64,000 nucleotides of DNA, taken from assembly GCF_009914755.1 (NCBI RefSeq), contig NC_060927.1, one strand, 5' to 3'. This document shows positions 1 through 40,380 of the stretch, piece after piece. Source of the DNA: the human T2T-CHM13v2.0 reference genome, Homo sapiens. Below the pieces are notes generated by a model that ran no database searches, was not told the origin of the DNA, and saw nothing but the letters and a program-made list of their open reading frames with translations. Each line of letters starts with the position of its first letter. The stretch's first letter is position 1. Made by a program: the position numbers and the translations under genes.

Positions 1-192
1 CCCTAACAGCCTGGACCATGTTACCAGCAACTCTTTCAAAGAGCCCCAATCTTCAGGGAACTTGGGTCACTGGGGACCTTTCAGACCAGTTAGTCCAGCA
101 GGTAGTAGTGCTGAGCTGTTGGGTCAGCTACAGAGTCTCATGTCCTCTAGTCCTGGAGCTTGAGAGTATAACTATGTGGACTGTCTTTGCAG

Positions 193-28964
<28,772 letters not shown>

Positions 28965-31099
28965 CTGGGGTCAAGGGGCCTGGACCAGTAGAAGCCATCA
29001 ACCTACTGAAGTTGTGTGGAGGGATGGAAAGTGGGTCAGTGGAGAAGGGATTCAGAAAATGACACATTCTTCCCCATTTCTATAGTGTATGTGGTTTATT
29101 TTGAGTCATGTCTCATCTGACCTAACTTTATGTTTTTAAGGCACAAGAAATTTTGCTCTGGGAAGAAAGACATCAACTGGCTTAACTTTTGCTGGGCTCA
29201 TTGGGCGCTTTCTAACAGACCTCGCTTTTATCCCAGACTCTTTGAGGGGGCGGAGGGGAGCAAAGAGGGGGCTCCTAGTGGAATGGTGGTTGAAAAGAAT
29301 CCCCTTCAGCTGTTTTTCAATGGTTGTTGCCCCTCTCCTGTCTGGTCTCCAGGATCCTGGAGCTAAAGAAGCAGATACTTCTCCCTGCCATGCTACCCTG
29401 AGTCTGCCTGGCGGTGGGCCCAGGATGCTGTGGGCAGTGGGCCCAGACAGGAGGATTAACTGCAGAAGGCCCGCACAGCTAAGGCCCTGTGTGAGAGGGC
29501 CTGCAGGGTGCAAGAGCCATTGTCCCACCCTGTCCATGCATTGTTTCCCTTTCCCCTGCCCCCCCGCACCCCCACTCCCCGCCAAGTCCAGCTGGCTTCT
29601 TCTAGTCCTTACCAGTTTGGGACAAACCTGACTACCCTCGCCTGGCACAAGGAAATACATGCCAAGAAAAAATAGTTCCCACTTCAGCTTTTACAAAATA
29701 CACTGCCTATCTAACATCCTACAGAAACCCTTTTAATGTCTAAGGGGGCAAATGCAGTGGTTCCTATTTAGATGAATAATGTTAACTGCAACTGGCAAGA
29801 GGGTGACAGAGGGCACCTTTGCTGTGCTCCCAATACCAGTCTTCCTTGATGTCATTAAGGATGCCAATAATGGGACAGTCTGGCCTCAGGACAATCAGGA
29901 AGCCTAGGATCTCCCAATGTGGCTTTCCCGGGTCCCTTCCCCTCTCTGGGTCTTAGTGTCCCCATTTGTGGCAGGAAATTAGATGTCTCCCAAATCATGG
30001 CACAACTCTCTGCCAGTGATACACAGCAAACATTTTAAAGTTTAATAACTATGTGTTTTTAAAAACACATCATTTTTACATGGAAAACCAACTAGCACAG
30101 AAAAGTCAGGAATTTATGGGTGCTGTTCCATGGGATGGGTTTAACTTTTAAGCATACTGATATAATTGATTTAAAGAAAAATTATTTAGAGTAAGTAGAA
30201 TGCAGATATGATATGGGCAGAGTTTTCAAGAGCAGTTGTCCAGTGACTAAGGTTTGGGAACAGTGGACAGATAAGGGTCCCTTTGGAACAGTGTAACTCG
30301 GATGGTGCTGAGCCTTGTTTTTATAACACACTGCTGATCACATACATGGTTTGTTGATATGAGCTGGGGATCTGGAATGCTTTCTCCAGGTTACTACCAT
30401 TTTTCCTATGGGAAAACCCAGTCCCCTTTCTGTGATCTGCTTTACAACCCAGTTTTGTTGGGACAGGTTTGTTGACAGGTCTATCTATATGGAGAATGAT
30501 CCTGTAAAGGGATTGTACATTAATCATGTTTTTGCTGTAAAACCTAGATTGTCTTCATTTATCTAAAAACAGAGAAACAAAAACTAAGAACCCTGTGGCC
30601 CTAGATGGGAGTAGGCAGGCCTCAGTCCAGCCATGGGCTGAGTCCATGTGGTGGAAGCCTGTTGGGACTTCCTGCCAGAGTACTGGAGCTGAGGGCTGCC
30701 ACCCAGACCACCAGGCCAATCAGAGTGACCCTGGGAACCCTTGAAGAACCCAGGTTTTGGATTGTGCTTGCTGAAGTAATCGCTACAGAAGGGTGTCTAG
30801 GCACCAGTGAAGAAGAGACAGGACAACTCAATGTACCAGGGTACTCTAACCTGAGAAGCCTATTCCTAGTTAAGCTGGTTACAGGGACATACTGCCGCAC
30901 CATAGGCCAGACTCCAAACTATGAGTCCTCTAATGGCACTGATATGGCCATGTGGTCATGACCATGCATGTCCAGAGGCAAGAGACAGATACCTGAAGGG
31001 TGACAGGACAGGCAAAAAAAGGATTAAACATTCAGAGAAAGAATGGCAGAAACATGAAAATCGATGCAAGTTGCAAACATACACAGGACTTGCATGTTC

Positions 31100-31280
31100 C
31101 AGGCACTCTTTAAGGGCTTTGTAAATATGAAATAAACAAGTTTATGAGGTGAGTAGTGTTACTGTTTGCATGTAGTATTGAGGACACCCAGGCACAGAGG
31201 GAGTAATTTGCACAAATCACCTCACTAGGTAGCAGAAAATCTGAGATTCAAGCCCAGCATTCTGGCTCTGTGCTCTTACC
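31100..31280 (-). mobile_element. MIR
   Basis: tatgaggtgagtagtgtt...gaggacacccaggcacagagggagtaatttgcac...gagattcaagcccag. Confidence 0.6.
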
Positions 31281-32046
31281 AGTTAAGCCAAAGAGATGAG
31301 TGAGCCCAGTACAGACCAAGGCAGAGAATTAGAGCAAGGAGACCCAAATCAGTTCTCCTCTGGCGGTTCCTCCTTCCAGCTCTTGTACAAATCACTATCA
31401 TTCCTAAGGGGGAAGTCAACCTTTCTCAGGCCCCCAGACTGGGGCTCCCCAGAGCAGGGTGTGGCCTACTCCTCTGGCCTGCTGCCCAGCTGAGCTGCCA
31501 GGGACAGGTCAGACAGGTCTGGCTGGTGCAGAGGGATGAGGTTCTGCAGCTTCCCCCTGCCCTTTCCGCTGCCCCCCTGCTCAAGTCCCCAGGGACCACA
31601 GCTGCTACGTAAGGCCATCACCAGGCCTTGACCAGGCACATGCCCTTACCCTGCCTCCACCCAGGTTGGTGAATTCACCCTCAGGACAAGGCCTCAGCTC
31701 AGTGTGGGTGTGTAGGAAGAAGGGTGCCCTTACCCATCCCCAGCAGATAGCCCCATGTCAGAAGACCCTGGTGCTGCTCCTCCCCACCACCCCAGGTCAC
31801 CACTGTAGAGGAACAGGTTACTCCAAAGGAAAAACTGCTCTATCTGCCTGGCCAGCCTCTCAGCTGGCTTCCTGCCTCCAACTTGACTGGCTTGCCTGGA
31901 AAGAGGCCCAATATGCTGGGTGTGCCTACTCCTACCCCTCAACACAGCCTGTGTCCATACTCCCCTCTGCAGGGCTTGTCCCCCATCCCCTTTGCCCCTG
32001 CTTCCCACCCCACAAATACATACCACATTGCTAAAAATAAAGCCTC

Positions 32047-32052
32047 TTTATT
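32047..32052 (-). terminator. CSRNP1: CSRNP1 polyadenylation signal AATAAA
   Basis: TTTATT on + strand, ~1.18 kb past the stop, followed on - strand by U/GU-rich tttatttttagcaatgtggtatgtatttgtg. Confidence 0.8.
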
Positions 32053-32164
32053 GGTACCTGTAAGCTCAGGTACAAGGTGTTCCCACAAGCACACAGGCTG
32101 GCAAGGCCTCCTGGGCAAGGGGCAGGCCCAGAGCCTGCGTTTCTTGGCACAGACACAGAGAGAA

Positions 32165-33082
32165 ATGGAATAAATTATAGTTCTGACACTCAGGGACAAT
32201 GTAGAAATTATGATGCAAAATTAAACATTAGCAAACAAAGGGTATAAAAACCCTCAGGAGCCACCCCTCGCCAACTGGCCTCAGGGCATGGGCAGGTGGG
32301 CCACGCTGAAGTGCAGTGCCCAGAAAGCCCTGAGATAATAGTCTGGGGCATGGTTCGCGCCCCGAGGTAGGCCCTTTGCCCTCTCTGGGCTTCCTGTTTC
32401 CTCCTTCCCCCTCCTACATCCCTGGGCCTGGAATAAAGGCTGTGGCCTTTGGGAAGGGGGAAGATGGAACAGAGGGCAGGAAGTGGAGGGGGCAGGGTGG
32501 GGCAGAAGGGAGTTTTGGTCACAGCTGTTCAGCCCAGGCTCTCCCCCTGCCTAGATGATGTCCTTGGCCAGCACCTGCCCGCAGAGCCATCTAGGAGCCA
32601 GGCAGCAGACATAGATCACAGAGCTCAAATCCACACCTAGTCTGCACCAAAGCCCAGGCAGGGCAAGGTGTAGGACTACAAGGCAAAAGGGGCTCTTGAG
32701 GGCCTGTGCCCACCCCACCCCTGGCATTACCCACCAGCCAAAGAAGTGCAACCAAAGCCTCCTCAATCTCCAAATAAATTATGGAAATAAATTATAGTCT
32801 TCACAGTCCAGTGGATTTAGCCACCCATGGGTCTAGGGCTCAGGGTGGCAGAAGCCACCTGATTTCAGCCCTGTCTCACCGTCTTTGGGCTAAGGAACAT
32901 CACGCAAAGACCGAAAAGTGGTCTGCCAAGCTCCAGAGGAGCCACATTTTCTCCTCTTCCAGGCTCACGTTGTGGAGATAGAAGAGCAAGCTGTGGGTGT
33001 GGGGGGCCGGGCAGCTGAAAGGGGAAGCCCCCTCCCCCTAGTCCTCTCTTCAGCACAGAAAAGTTAAAACAAATAAATAAAT
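32165..33082 (-). promoter_or_regulatory. AU-rich elements in the CSRNP1 3'UTR
   Basis: AUUUA cores at 33071-33082 (AUUUAUUUAUUU), 32772-32796 (two UAAUUUAUU) and 32168-32178. Confidence 0.7.
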
Positions 33083-33231
33083 CCAGAGAATTGTTTGAAA
33101 ACCAGGAGTGTGCACATGGCACCTGTGGGTGAGCCAGCCAGTGGGAGACTGTTACGCAGACTCTGGGGAGCCCCATAATTACAAGAAAGCAGCAACAGGT
33201 CTCTTGGGGCTGGGAAAAGACATCCTGGTCC

Positions 33232-34221
33232 TCACACCGGCACAGGCTCCATTAGAGATGCTGGGACAGTGTCCTCAAACTGGCTGTCAATAAAGGGATC
33301 TAGGGCTTCGGCGGCTGGCTCGGAGAAGCCCATGAGGGACTCCAGGAAGCAACTGCTGGCATCCCCAGGTGGAGACAGGCCAGGCAGGGGGAAGTGAGGT
33401 GCCTCGATGTTGTCCAGGCTGTCAGACACCTTCTGTGATGTGTAGTGAGGCCCCAGACTATAATCTGGCAGAGCCTGGAGTAACTCAAAGGAGTCACAAG
33501 AAGACAAGCTGAGATCCACTGAGCTACTCCGGCCAGCGTCCATGCTGGGTGGCACTGAGGTGCCAGGAAGGCTGCCTTCCCTTGACCCTTCAAGGCCACC
33601 ATTTAGGAAGCAGCTGGCATCCAGGTTGGCATTCTCATCCAGGATGCCTGATGTGAAGCTACAGCCAGAATAGCTGTGGGTCCAGCTGGCCAGGCCACCA
33701 GGGTCACTAGTACCAAAGATGTCAGCTGGATGGAAGCAGCTGAGGTTGTCCAGGTTCCCCACACTCCCTTCCTCCTCTTCCTCCTCCTCCCCACCGAAGT
33801 CAGAGTCACTGAAACTCAAGATGCGTGCCAGGCTGTCATCATCAACGCCAGGCTGGAAGCCAGGGCCAGGCAGGCCTGGGTGGGTGGGGCAGTCAGGAGC
33901 CTCACTAGTGCCCGATGCTGATGAAGATGCTGTGGAAGAATCAGTCATGTCGCTGCTGCAGCTGTTGTCTCCCAGCTCATTGTTCATGGGGGGCTTGGCC
34001 AGTGGGAAAGTAGGGACCAGGGCCTCCTCACCAGGGCTGGGTGGGCTGCCCTGGGCAGGGGCCTCCAGCTCCCTAAAGCTCTCAGCCTCCTGTTCCAACT
34101 GCAGGCGGGTGAGTGTGTGGATGAAATGGGTCTGAACTCTTGCCTGATTAAATTCCACACGGCCCATGGGGTTCTCACAGCCCTCCCTGCAGCAGCCACA
34201 GGGGAATGCTGTGTGGTCCAT
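33232..34221 (-). CDS. CSRNP1: CSRNP1 exon 5, coding part (MDHTAFPC...MEPVPV*)
   Basis: ctgcag|ATG ... TGA at 33234-33232, 990 nt. Confidence 0.95.
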   Translation of the reverse strand: MDHTAFPCGCCREGCENPMGRVEFNQARVQTHFIHTLTRLQLEQEAESFRELEAPAQGSPPSPGEEALVPTFPLAKPPMNNELGDNSCSSDMTDSSTASSSASGTSEAPDCPTHPGLPGPGFQPGVDDDSLARILSFSDSDFGGEEEEEEEGSVGNLDNLSCFHPADIFGTSDPGGLASWTHSYSGCSFTSGILDENANLDASCFLNGGLEGSREGSLPGTSVPPSMDAGRSSSVDLSLSSCDSFELLQALPDYSLGPHYTSQKVSDSLDNIEAPHFPLPGLSPPGDASSCFLESLMGFSEPAAEALDPFIDSQFEDTVPASLMEPVPV

Positions 34222-36859
34222 CTGCAGAGAAAAGTAGAGGTACAAGTGAGGGTTCTGTGGAGTGCAAAGAAGTCCCCACGCTCAGGATCCCCATCCCAGT
34301 CCAGCCACCACACCTGGCACTTGATGCCTGCCAGGCTGCAGCTGCAGGTCTCAGGGTCGCAGATCCTATCGCAGTGACAGCCACAATCCTCCCGGGATTG
34401 GCGCAGTGCCTGCAGCTCCCGCTTCTCCTCCCGATCGATCCTTCGCACACCTGAAGCCCTCAGCAGAGCTCGACGTCGCCGGGCTGGGTAGGGCTGTAGG
34501 AAGCTCACTTCTTCCAACCGGCCACCTGCCACAGCGACTGCCAAGTCCTCCTCCACAGAGGCGTCATCAATGGCATCCACCACAGGTGGCAGCCCTGCCT
34601 CTGCCTGGGGTACCCCAGCTGCCGAAAGCTGCATCCACAGGAAAGAGGGATGTGAGAAGCACAGACATGGACATGGGCTTAGCCCTACTGTCACTAGACA
34701 AACCCTCCCCAAGTGCTTACCCCGCCACTACTCGTGCTTAATCTGCGATGGGCACTGTGTGTCAGACAGTGAACAGGACAGCCAAGAAAACTGCCCTCAG
34801 GGCATTTGAAAAAAAAAAAAAGAGATATCCTACTCATGGCATTCCCTAGATCATGGACAGACTCCCTTTCCTAACCAGACAGATACGCACCCCCTCCAGT
34901 TCATATCAACTTCACATCCCCCTCTCCAAAAAGTTCAGATTCAGGTATCATGCCCCCAGCCCCTGCAGCAAATAGACACGAGCCCTCCTCTGCGCCTCCT
35001 GTTGCAGACAACCCAGGCAACAGGCTCCAATCAAGCCAATCACCAGGCCCACAGGCCTGTTTCCCCATAACCATAATGAGCAAGTCAGCACCCACCCCTG
35101 GTACGCCCACCCCTCAAGGTTAGGACTCCAGGAGCTGCCTCAGGAGGTGCGCCACGGAGAGGACTCTCTCTACCTTCCACTGCAGCATCTCCAACTTCTC
35201 CTCTTTCAAGCGCTGGCGGAGCTTCTCGTGCCGTGCACGGGCTTGCTCCTGCGCAAACTCAGCCAAAGAGAAGCGACGGCAAGCACTGTGGCGAAGGGCC
35301 ATACCCAGAGTACAGCCACCACGGCTGGGCACACTGGTGAAGCCCTGGCAGCGGGGGAAGTAGAAGACGGTGATCCCATCAAAGGCTACACGGCCTGGGC
35401 GCTCCCGGCGAGCTCGCTTCAGGATAGACAGGGCTAGAAAGCAGGCAAAGATGGGCTGGGGATTAGTTTTCAGTGAGGCACAACTTACCTCCAAAAAGAT
35501 CATGCCAGACTGCCCTCCCGCCTCCCACCTTTTCCCTCCTCCCTCTCCACCCATTTTGAAAAAAGAAATGTGAATTTAGGAGCCTGTGTGGTTGGGACTG
35601 GAGCGGCTGAAACTGAATACCACACCCATGTCAGAACTGGCTTATTGTTATTTACCAGTCCAAATGACAGTATTCGTAAGATTAAACATCTTTCCTATGT
35701 TTATTAGCCATGTACAGGTCCTTTGTACAGTTTTCTATTGTTTTTTATTGATTTGTAGGATTTCTGTGTTTTGCAACAGGCTTAAAAAGGCTTTCCCTTT
35801 ACAAGTTAATGTTTATTGATTAGTAAGCTATGTACTGGTATTTTCATTAGGTTGAACCATAGCAAATTACCATGTAATGGTCAAATATTGGAAATTCCAT
35901 ATATTTCAACTTACTATATTAATTTTGTACCCAGCTACCAGAGGGAATTCCCTTCTAAAAGGTTTTCTGTTTATACTGTTAGATTCCATGTGCTAAAAAT
36001 TATATTCTTTTTATGTGTAATGCACAGATATATACCTACAGTACATAAAAAGGTAAACAGCACATCTATTGTATTAAAATTTCATGGTGGGGGATAATTA
36101 AGGAGAAAATGTCTAAATAGGCTTCCTGGGGAACAATAATGAAAAATAAGGTCCAGAAACACTGCTCTAGGGCCATGTTCATCAGTCTGGAATCACAACT
36201 ATACAAGCTTGAAAATAACCAGGAAAAACCCCTTTTCACTATGTTCAGGCAAAATGGACAGCATTTTGACAGGAGAGGGACCAGCTTGACAGGCCCCGTG
36301 GCAGAGAAGCATGGGGCGGGCGGGGAACTCCAGCAGTTCCATTTGTAGGACGGTAGGGTGCTCATTGGAGAAACGAAACTGGAACAGAAGGGAGGGGCCA
36401 GACCGGGAAGGCCCTGAGAGCACTCTGCAGAGCTGCATCCCGGATGTCATCACTCCCAAGGTCAAAGGTGAATTAGCTGGGCTCAGGTGCCCCTGGACAG
36501 TGGACACTGAGTGACCACTATATTATAGCTCATGAGAGCTACCGCCATGGGGACCTAACCACCAGAGGCCAAAGGCATTTGGTCAGGGACTTCTAAATTT
36601 CATCTTTCAGGAAGGCAGGCAGGTGATGGAGTTCCCAGGGGAGGGAGTACTCACGGGTGAAACTTCTGGGGCCGCAGAAGTCACGGTCAGGCAGGGGCAT
36701 CTGATCCCAGGGGCCTTCCTCCTCTGAGTCCCAGGCACGGGAGACAGAAGAGCTTGGGGAGCAGGAGCGAGACTGGCACCCAGAGGAAGAGGAGGAGGAG
36801 GAGACCGAGGAGTTGTCCTCATCCAGCTGGTCAAATTTCCTCTTCAACAGCCCAGTCAT
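33232..36859 (-). CDS. CSRNP1: CSRNP1 (AXUD1), cysteine/serine-rich nuclear protein 1, 589 aa, 4 coding exons
   Basis: 205+260+315+990 = 1770 nt. [15 protein letters not shown] start with ggcaccaccATG Kozak context, poly-Ser tract, conserved [14 protein letters not shown]-type motif and Cys-rich [16 protein letters not shown] domain of the CSRNP family, acidic C-terminus. Confidence 0.97.
34314..34628 (-). CDS. CSRNP1: CSRNP1 exon 4 (LSAAGVP...GIKCQ)
   Basis: atgcag| ... CAG|gtgtgg, 315 nt. Confidence 0.94.
35174..35433 (-). CDS. CSRNP1: CSRNP1 exon 3 ([10 protein letters not shown]...MLQWK)
   Basis: ttctag| ... AAG|gtagag, 260 nt. Confidence 0.94.
36655..36859 (-). CDS. CSRNP1: CSRNP1 exon 2, coding part (exon begins at 36899 with 40 nt of 5'UTR)
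   Basis: Acceptor ttccag| at 36900; ATG at 36859; donor C|gtgagt at 36655. Confidence 0.95.
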
Positions 36860-37384
36860 GGTGGTGCCGGACGTGCTCTGGGGTCTGGGGACAGACAGCC
36901 TGGAATAGGAATGAGAAGGCTCTAAGTGGCAGGCAGGCAGCAGCAGGTGGACTTCCAGCCAGGATCATCATCCCTCCCACTTACCCTCCAAGGCATCCCA
37001 GACCCTGGCCTCTGCCCTCCAGCCCTGCCTGTGGAGTTCTGTGTGGGGGAGGGCACAGTCTCCAGGAGGATCTCTGCACAAGACACAGCACCTCCCTCCC
37101 TCCAAACTAATGTGCAAATCCACAGCCTGATGCTTCAAACTCCCACCTCTGCCCAAAGCCTTCCCAGGCACCAGGCACCTTCCCCACTACCTCCTACAAC
37201 ACACACTTACATACATACACAAAACACACACACACACACACACATGCATCCACACCAGCAGGGGAAGGAGGCAGACAGACCAACAGATGGACTGACAGAC
37301 CTCAGCCTGGTCTCACTCATTCCCCGACAGGAATCCTGGCGCTGACTCACAGGCTGGGTGATTCACACAGCTTGCATCTGTGTG

Positions 37385-37386
<2 letters not shown>

Positions 37387-37422
<36 letters not shown>
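37387..37422. repeat. (TG)n microsatellite in CSRNP1 intron 1
   Basis: ~18 TG units. Confidence 0.95.
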
Positions 37423-37426
<4 letters not shown>

Positions 37427-38989
37427 CCCTACAGCCCGCACAGCCCGCACGGCCCTGGTATGGTGGCTCTGCTTCCTCCTCCTCCTCCTCCAGCACATCC
37501 ACACAGGCACGCCACTCTGCACACAGGCAGGGCTGCGGGCCCTTGCTCCAGGCTAGCCAGGCACTCTGGGGAACAGGCTGGCTTTGACGTTGGCCTCCAT
37601 TCCTAGACGGAGTAGTTTCTGAGCCCTTCCCCTCCCGGTGTGGGAGCTTCTCAGACTTTCCCTTAGAAACCCCCGCTCCACTGTCAAGAAGTCTCCTGCC
37701 TCCAGGCCTGTGTGACCACAGCCACTAAGGCTGTCTCTTTAACATCTCATTTGATCCTAATGTCCAAAGTCTCTCCTGTCTGTGGCTTCGTGACATGGAG
37801 CACCCCACAACACAACACTGTCTCCCAAGTGAGAGTCTCAGCCCTCAGCAGAAGCATAACCAGAGACTCCCACAGCTGGCTGGCCTTATCCAAGCAGAAG
37901 AGACTTGGGGCTCATTCCCTGGAATGCTTCAGCAAATAAGGGTCCTTCCCAAGGTTTGGCAAGCCCCAGAGGACTCAATCCCAAAGGCTGAGTACAGCTA
38001 CCTTGTGTCTGTTGCTCCAGCTGGGCCTTCGGGGAGGTCACCAGGGGGAAAGGGAAAGGAAGTTGAAGCTGAGGCCGAGGCCCCAGTGCTGGGGAACCCT
38101 TCCCCCACTGCCATCACAGGAAATGAGAGAGAACAGGAAAAACCAACCAGAAGGCTGTCTTGGTCTCCTCTACTCAGGTGTCCTTTCCAAACACTCCTTT
38201 GCCCTCTTCCCAGCCGCCTACAAAGTCCCCGAATCCTGTAGAGTTTGCTGTCAACCTTACTAACTGGATAATGTTTACCCCAGGGACAGCCTCCCCTAGG
38301 CAAGCGTGAGAGAAGCAAGAAAATCTCCCTCCCCAGCCAATCCCCCACCCTGGGCCTGGGGGAAGACTCACAGATGTTTCCGGGGGCTTCTCCGTGGGTA
38401 GTTTCTCAGGCTTGGCACCCCCCTCCCAGGGTCAAACCACAAACAAAAACAACCCAGCTCCCAGCTGACCAGCAGGTTCTCCCAGGAGGTGGGGGATTCA
38501 TGACCCAGAGGCAGGCATACTCACATGTACACACATGCTCAGACAACACGGAAACACACATATGGACAAACAACACCCACACATCCTGTCCCCATCGCAT
38601 CCTGCCAAGAGACCCCATCCTTTCCCCAGTTCCAGATGCCATCTACAGGGCCCTGAATGCCTCCTTCACCACACATCCAGCCTGAGATCCCCCAGGACCC
38701 ACTGCCCACTTGTTATCTCCGCCCAACCATCCCCTAGAAACATAAAATTCTGCAGGCCCCAAATCGAACCCCTTGTGTCTGTTCCCCACCCCCCATGCCA
38801 TCTGTTCCTCTTCCTGTGTTCCCTATCTTAGTAACAGCCCCACCACCCACCCAGTCACTCAAGCCAGAAACCTGCAGTCATCCTCAACTCCTTCCTCTCT
38901 CTTCCTCCATCTATATCCAGGCACGCCATGCCTGGGAGTTCATGTAAATCCGTTTAATCCACACAGAGCCAGGAACAGACCCAGGAGGT

Positions 38990-39260
38990 ATCGTTAAGAG
39001 CTTCGGCTCCAGGACCAGACTGCCTGCTTTTGCATGGAGGCCACGTGGCAGTGTTAAGAGCTTCGGCTCCAGAACCAGACTGCCTGCTTTTGAACTCTGG
39101 CTCCACTGTTACTTGGCTGGGTAATCCTGGGCAAGTTCCTTAACCTCTCTGTGCCTCCAATTCTTTGTCTTAAGACCTCATAGGGTTGGGGGGTTTAGAA
39201 GAATCAACACATGTCACATGTTCTTAGATTAGTGATAAGTGCTCAGTGAATGTGTTATTC
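38990..39260 (+). mobile_element. MIR with a duplicated 5' segment
   Basis: gttaagagc...ccagactgcctg...gggcaagttccttaacctctctgtgcctc. Confidence 0.7.
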
Positions 39261-39284
39261 CACACTGTTTAAAAAAAAAAAAAA

Positions 39285-39640
39285 AAATGAGCTCCAGCTC
39301 CTGGATGCACACGACACAGATGCATCTCACAGACATCATGCTGAGTGAAAGAAGGCAGACACGAAATACATGCAAATGTTCAAAAAAAAAGGCAGAACTA
39401 CTCTGTGATGATATAAGTCAGAGCAGTGGTTCCCCAGGGGAGGGAGAAGGACACCCTGGAGAGAGTCATGAGGGAAATTTTCTGGGGTGGGAGGTAGGAA
39501 GGGCTGGGGGACCTGTAAAAGTTCTATGTTGATCTGCATGGTGGTTAAATGAATGTCTAAAATTGTAAAAATTCGTCTTATGGACACTTAAGATTTATAT
39601 ACTTACGCATTTTATTTAGGTTACTATCAATTTAAAAAGT
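39285..39640 (+). mobile_element. L1M 3' end fragment
   Basis: gatgcatctcacagacatcatgctgagtgaaagaaggcagacac... old L1 3'UTR. Confidence 0.6.
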
Positions 39641-40040
39641 TCACTAACCTTAACATGTCTCTGTCCCCACAGTGGCCACCCCATGTCCCTCTGCTCCTGC
39701 CCTCTTCCCCCAGCCATTCTTGATCCTGCAGCCAGAATGACCTTCTTAAACCACACATTTACCTGCCACTCCCACGCCTAGAACCACTCTATAGCTCCCC
39801 TTGGGGCATTAGGATCAAGTCCAGAATTCAAGAAGCTGAAGCTGACCTGGCCACTGCTTCCCTCTCCCCACCTTGCTCTCTTTACTCCAGCTGAACTGGC
39901 AGTTCCCGTAATGGCCATGTCCCTGCTCACCTCCTGGCCTCTGCAAAGCTGGAACAACCCAGCCTTATTCCCTTTCAGAAAGTCATCTTTCAAGGGGCCT
40001 CCTGAATCCCCCACTCCTTCCTCCTGCCTTTCTGTGCTCC

Positions 40041-40380
40041 TGCTATGGACTGAATATTTGTATCCTACCAAAATTCTTATGTTGAGACTGAATCCCCAGT
40101 GTGACGGTATTTGGAGGTGGGCCTTGGGGTAATCAGGAGATGAATGACACCTTATTAGCACCTTTATAAGAAGTGACACAAAAGAGATGGTCTCCCTCTC
40201 CAACATGTGAGCTCAGACCCAGCAAGAAGGTGTCCATCTGCAAGCCAAGAAGGCAGACTTCATCAGGCTGACTAGAGCCTTGATCTTGGACTTCACAACC
40301 TCCCAAAGTGTGAAAAATAAATCTTTTGTTTAAGCAACCCAGTCTATGGACTTTCCATTATAGCAGCCCAAAGGAAAACA
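40041..40380 (+). mobile_element. MLT1A-type MaLR solo LTR inserted in L2-like sequence
   Basis: tgctatggactgaat...ccttgatcttggacttc...aataaatc...ttatagcagccc. Confidence 0.8.

Noticed and set aside
31506-31520. AGGTCA-gac-AGGTCT DR3-like element, and a CTCF-like motif near 31565-31582
   Set aside because: Single imperfect short motifs are expected by chance in 64 kb.
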